A stretch of 64,000 bases of DNA from Octopus sinensis. Lineage: Eukaryota. The position numbers and the translations under genes are program-made. The stretch covers positions 289,330-353,329 of the forward strand of contig NW_021835997.1 of assembly GCF_006345805.1 (NCBI RefSeq), read 5' to 3'. Shown piece after piece: positions 58,699 to 64,000 of the stretch (its first letter is position 1; every line of letters starts with the position of its first letter). The notes under the pieces are model-generated. The model was given only the letters and a program-made list of their open reading frames with translations, did no database searches and had not been told where the DNA came from.

Positions 58699-59633
58699 AT
58701 GCCGACTTTATTAAGTCGAAACGCCCCATTCCGAGCCATGTTCAGGACAGATCATAGCCTTCATCATAAACCTGAGAGCAAGCAAACCAAGATCATAAAA
58801 TTGTGGTTAGAGATTGAGTCCAAGCACTGTCCTCCAAATTCCTTCAAGCCCTTGAACGTGACCTGTTATGCGAGAGCGAAACTGATTCACTGGCTCATGA
58901 AAGTGACCAAAACTTTTCAACACGACCGGGAAATATTTTACCTTTCCGTGGATATTTTGGACAGATATCTTGCGTTGAGTAACACTAAAATGTCTGAACT
59001 ACAACTTATTGGAATCACTTGTCTCTTTTTGGCAGCAAAATTCGAGTCTGACGATTCTTGTTGTGTGTCTGACTACTCTGGCATGACAGCAGATGCCTTT
59101 ACTTCTAAAGATGTGATTGCTATGGAAATTAAGATCCTTTTTGCCTTGGACTGGGCGCTTCAAGTCCCCACTCCTTTTCTGTGGCTCAAGCTGTTTTTGC
59201 AGTCATATTTCTCTGACGATATTGATATTCCAAATTATTCCCAGTACAAGCTGATTCAGAGTTCCAAAGTATTCAAGAAGTGACATTTTAGATGCTAACT
59301 TATGTCCTGTGGATTCAGTGTCTGCTGAATTTCCGAGATCAATGCTGGCTTCCGCAATTTCGGTGGTCCTTATGAAAATTGTCAGACCTATATATAAAGT
59401 ACGAGCAGTTTTGCTGTGGTTATGATCTGCCTAAACTGACCAATTGCATTGCTTATGTTTTGAACGTTGTTAAACCTCATTTGGCATCTTTGTCAGCATT
59501 GGGACATGAGGCTTTTAGTTCGCGTGAGAGTGAAAATCACCATAATATGCAGAATTGGGATGATTCATATGTCAGCAGAGAGGTTGGTGGGTTATTCCTA
59601 GTTTTTTAGAAATCTGTCTGTTTAATCGAGTGA
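58699..59633 (+). CDS. Cyclin E-like G1/S cyclin with a 1-nt frameshift near 59297
   Basis: ARAKLIHWLMKV..HDREIFYL..DRYL..LQLIGITCLFLAAKFE; after the 23-nt intron 59269-59291, LCPVDSVSAEFP..LASA and HNMQ match cyclin E only with +1 nt. Confidence 0.8.
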
Positions 59634-60944
59634 TATTTGAACTTTACTTTTGTTTTAATACTTCTTTGTGTTTCTTTTAGAATTGAATTTATTGCTGTTT
59701 TATTGATTTATGTTGAATATCGACCTTTAATTGACAGTGTCCTGTGATTAGCAGTTTATTCGGGTTATTAAGATTTACTTCAAATGTCATCTGCATAATT
59801 CAATTTGCAAGTACGAACTTCAAATGGCATCTGCAAAACACAAACTTCTAATTGCAATTGAAAATTTCAAATTTACAATTTTGAAATTCAAGTTTGCATT
59901 TTATCAAAATATGCATTTTAACCTCTTTTGCATTGAAAATTAAACAATGTTGAAGCAGGCATTGCACTTATACAATGTAAGTTAGAGCCTCTCGAATTTG
60001 GAGTAATGACAAAAGAACGAGATTCTATTTTTTGATCGTTCTCAAATTCACTCCAACAGTGGAATTCACTCCGAGAGAGGAACATAGAGACTGCCAATTT
60101 AATTGGTATTTAAGAAATTCAATCTATTTTGCGTTATTATTTTAACATAATCAGTTAATTGCTACAATCATCGGAAATAATCTAAAATCGGACTGATTTT
60201 ATTTATATGTAACCTATGGGCATTTAATCTTAATTTAGGAGATAGTATATCGGTGAACAAGCACTGAATAAATCTATTCAAAGTCTTTTGGAATTTTAAA
60301 TAAACAAATTAGATATCCTGGTTGGATACTTAGATATCCTTGTCTTTAAAACCCTCAAAAGATTTTGTATCCAATGCCTCTATTTGATGTCCAAGTAAAT
60401 TAAAAAATAGAAATTTATATCAAAGCAAGTGCTAATTTATTCGTAATAAAGTTGCAAATTGAAGAAGTGAATATAACACATTGTTTTCAAGTAATGCAAG
60501 TAGGAGAACATACGAAGCGACGGGTCAACCCCCAAAATAGAATTCGGCAAACTTGTATATGCCAACAAGGTTCATAGCCCGCATTGGTGGTATCCCGAGA
60601 TTGATCACTGGGTGAAGATGTTGAATCCCTGCTAGCAGGAGTCGTGCTTTTATGGGTGATATCCCTGGACTGTTCCTCTTCACCCGACTCAATGCTCTTG
60701 TTATTAATGGTCACCTTTCCTCTATCTTTATGAAAATACAGCTTTTGATGTCTCCGTCATGCACCCCTGTTTTCGTCTAACGTGTGTTTTGATTTTATTA
60801 TATACACAGATCATGACTGGTCTTCCCAATGATTACGAAATCAATGTAAACATGTTTGATTTTCGTAAACATGCAAATATATAGGTTTTTGCCTAGTTGT
60901 TTTTGCAATTGATCTTGACACTATTGAATGTTGCTTATTCATTT

Positions 60945-61490
60945 TTATTATTATTATTTAAGCCAAACAAAATCACCGTCTTAACCATTAACTAACACGT
61001 TCAGGTGATTCCGACACTTCTCAACAGTCGAGCCATCTTTTCACGATGTTCCGACCGTGACCCCACATACTTTCTGTATGTACGGTGAATGGTTTGTGGT
61101 CCATTTCCACGATCCCCCCATTTGCCTCTACGAGAGATTCCAGTGTTCTATGGACAATTTCCCTATCGGTATGGTCTTTCAGTAGGTTGATAGATCTTTC
61201 TTGAATTTTTTCGATTTTTAGCCGGTTCGTTGCCCCAATCAGCACATGCATAGCCTATTGTTGGCTCGATATACTGCTTGTAAAGGGTCTCTACCCCTGG
61301 CGGATAAGTTCTCCCACAGTTCCAAAGGAAGGCTTTTACAAAATTGATCTTCTTTATACAGGTTGATACGATCGATTCTACGTGAGGTGAAAAACAGAAA
61401 GTATCAAACGTTACTCCCAATATCTCTTGTTTTTTTCTTTGTGGTATTGGAATTCCGTTCAACGTGACATCAATAGTTTTCGTCCCCATC
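60945..61490 (-). mobile_element. APE-type LINE 3' portion with (AAT)n tail (longest copy)
   Basis: ILGVTFD..FSPHV..LYKQYIEPTIGYAC..KIEKIQER; same 3' end as 10651-10979. Confidence 0.8.
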
Positions 61491-61665
61491 TTCCTATTTT
61501 TCGTGAATAGAGTGACTGCTGACTTTTTGGAACATGCGATGACTCAATTTTAACAATGAAAATCAAGTCACATCGCTTGTTTAGTTTTTAAATAGCTTAT
61601 TTAATATTTTCTAAATTCCCTATTTTTAATTTTTTAGACAAAAATAATAAATAATACCGTCATAA

Positions 61666-62190
61666 ATGGATGATGTTGGTCAACCTACTTTAGACTCAAA
61701 TAGTGGAAATTCAAATGTCGTTTCATCGGATAATAATGAAAATAGTGAAGATCGCGATGACACTCAGGATAGAATAATGCACGCTAATGGTAATTTCCAA
61801 AAAATAATCAATATAGATAGCAGTAATTCTGGGCAGATGTTAACAAATTTAGACAAAAATATTGGAAATCTAGATGCTAGTGAAATGTATTTACAAGACA
61901 AACTTGAAAATGATTATGATATTTCTTTAAAAAAATAATGATTCAAAAGATATCAACCATTCTCTCAGAACGTGTCGAGATAACACGGAATTTTACCAGC
62001 ATGTCATTGAGGAGACAAAATTAGAACAAAAGAATACAATTTAACAGAAAACGAGGAAACTTTTATACAAGGAACTCTTCCTGGACAGTCTTTACATGAA
62101 GATGATCCTCTTGAAAATCGTTCGGGATTACTCGTGATGACTACGCATGGCCTTGTTGTGGAATGTATACAATATAAATTTTCTTACGTT
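61666..62190 (+). other. Unidentified degenerate N/D-rich coding fragment
   Basis: 90-codon ORF followed by frameshifted protein-like text; no family recognised. Confidence 0.2.
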
Positions 62191-62779
62191 CAATAGCAAG
62201 CGGGACCCTAACGCCAAAGGATGTTGGAATTTTGACTAAACTATACCGAATATCCGAGGCGTTTCCTTCGTCAATTGAGCCCGTCATATATATTCACCGA
62301 GATTCAAGGTTCTTTTTAGATTTAAGTACAGTAAAACAATTTTGAGCGGTTCTGGTAAAATTTTATGTGGAATGAAATTTGATGTCGAAAAGAAAAAGAA
62401 AGGTTTTTTAATCGTTTGTTTAAAAAAAGTAATTAACTTAATAAAAAGCAAATAAAATTTTCTTTTTTAAAAAATCGCCAATAGTTTATATTGAATCATT
62501 ATGGATTTATCATATTGAACCGTGCATATTTGCACAATTTTGGATTTTATAGATGATCAAGGCTAGACAATATCCACTAGGAAATTTTTTTATTACTTTA
62601 GGAACAAGACGGAAACGCTGTATCCGTATTTTTCGAAAAGTGAGCAAATTAGGCAGTGATTAGTCTAACCCGAGGTTTTCTGGAGTTGAGATTCTCCGTA
62701 AAAATAGAATAAAATAATAAAAATTATCAATAATTATTTTTTAAAACACAAATGTTTATAAACCCACTTCAATGAATTA

Positions 62780-63150
62780 TTTCTCTTGATATAACAGACC
62801 ATAGATCCTTTTGATTAAAAAATGGAATAACTTTTTAACGTCTTTGGAATATCTTAAATTTTTGGAAATAAAATGACTTTCCGAATGTGAAGATTATATG
62901 GGACTTCTTCAGACCAATTAAAGTTTTCAAATATATGCGCTGACGCCTGCTCTGAAGAAAACATCAGAGATTATGATACAAGAGATTTATGCATTATATA
63001 AGTTTTTACTTATTGTGCTAATATAAAATTTTCTGAGTTTTTAAATGCATTAAGGCCAATTTCCTATAACGAGGAAACCGTTCCATGGTGCTAAAGAAGA
63101 GTCTTTTATTAACCAATGTTTAAATAAGCAGTATGGGAATGACTATTTTT
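62780..63150 (+). mobile_element. Degenerate fragment of the R4/Dong-like family
   Basis: HGAKEESFINQCLNKQYGN aligns with QGAKEQALINQCLNKEYGN of the full-length ORF. Confidence 0.7.
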
Positions 63151-64000
63151 TACGATCTTAGATTGACCACTATTTAATATTTATATATAGTAGCCAGTTC
63201 TCTCCAAAATTTCTCTCAAGATAGGCGGTGTTCGTAAAAAAGTTTCATATGTTAAAGCCAATGATTGGATATCTCTGCTCAGAATGGGTGCATAATATTC
63301 TCAAACTTTGAGATATGTGACTCACTTGATTGTAGGCACATGTACAATTACAGTACCAAGTGGACCAATTATAGTAAGCATGACTGGCGTTGTGGAATGA
63401 ACCAAACGCCCGGTTAAGGTGTTTAACTACCCTAGCCATACCCAAAGGAGAGCTAGTGGTCCGCTATAGATTTCTTGGTGAGAATTGGTGATAAACTTAC
63501 TTCAACAAGACGAAGGGAAGATATAATTGTTAATTTATTGATATTAACCGACCTCGACCGACCTTTTGGGTCCAGTGGATACAGTATTGATGGAAAAACC
63601 AACCTAACAGACAGCTCTTTGGATAAAATCGTTAATAGACAATTGCTGAAGGATTCTTCCGGCACTCATGCAGCACGAGATACCGTGGGTTTCGTAAGCC
63701 GAAAATAGCTTTCCACAACGGAATCGATGAATGCTACAAACTGTATTTAGAAGTTATTTTATTTAAAATAGGAAATTTTGATTAACCAATGTTTGTTTAT
63801 TATTATTCTAATGTCTTAATAATAAATAGAATGTTAAAACTAGCTTTAAATCTTCGAAATGGATTCCCAATGAGAATGTTTGAAAAGTGCATTTTTGATT
63901 GGTTACATGAAACAGTGAAAATTTTACTGTTTTGAAATTTTACGACATAAAATCACCACAAAACATTTTTGTAGTTGAAAAAATATAAAATTGATTGGTA

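Overview
This is AT-rich eukaryotic (animal-type) DNA, not prokaryotic. Its genes carry very short GT-AG introns of about 20-29 nt at conserved animal positions, typical of a highly reduced parasitic metazoan. Dicyemids are the established ciliated example and myxozoans an alternative; the lineage cannot be fixed from this window. Most of the window is a mosaic of broken host-gene blocks and transposon debris. A segmental duplication (copy A 61-12393, copy B 27224-44348) carries two differently damaged copies of the 3' part of an axonemal dynein (DNAH2-like). Other host fragments include an internally deleted DYNC2H1, PKD2-, VPS13D-, GRWD1-, FERM- and USP8-like pieces, and damaged FARSB, RAD51C-like, cyclin E, DCPS and calmodulin-like genes. 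Only SAR1, and probably an RNF13-like gene, look essentially intact. Comparing the two duplicate copies gives exact empty sites for a non-autonomous Helitron (1441-3805) and a CRE-like insertion. One full-length R4/Dong-like RLE retrotransposon with an intact ORF sits in the calmodulin-like gene with an 11-bp TSD. A tRNA-derived SINE shares its 3' end with an APE-type LINE. All protein assignments come from motif recognition by eye; no database search was run.
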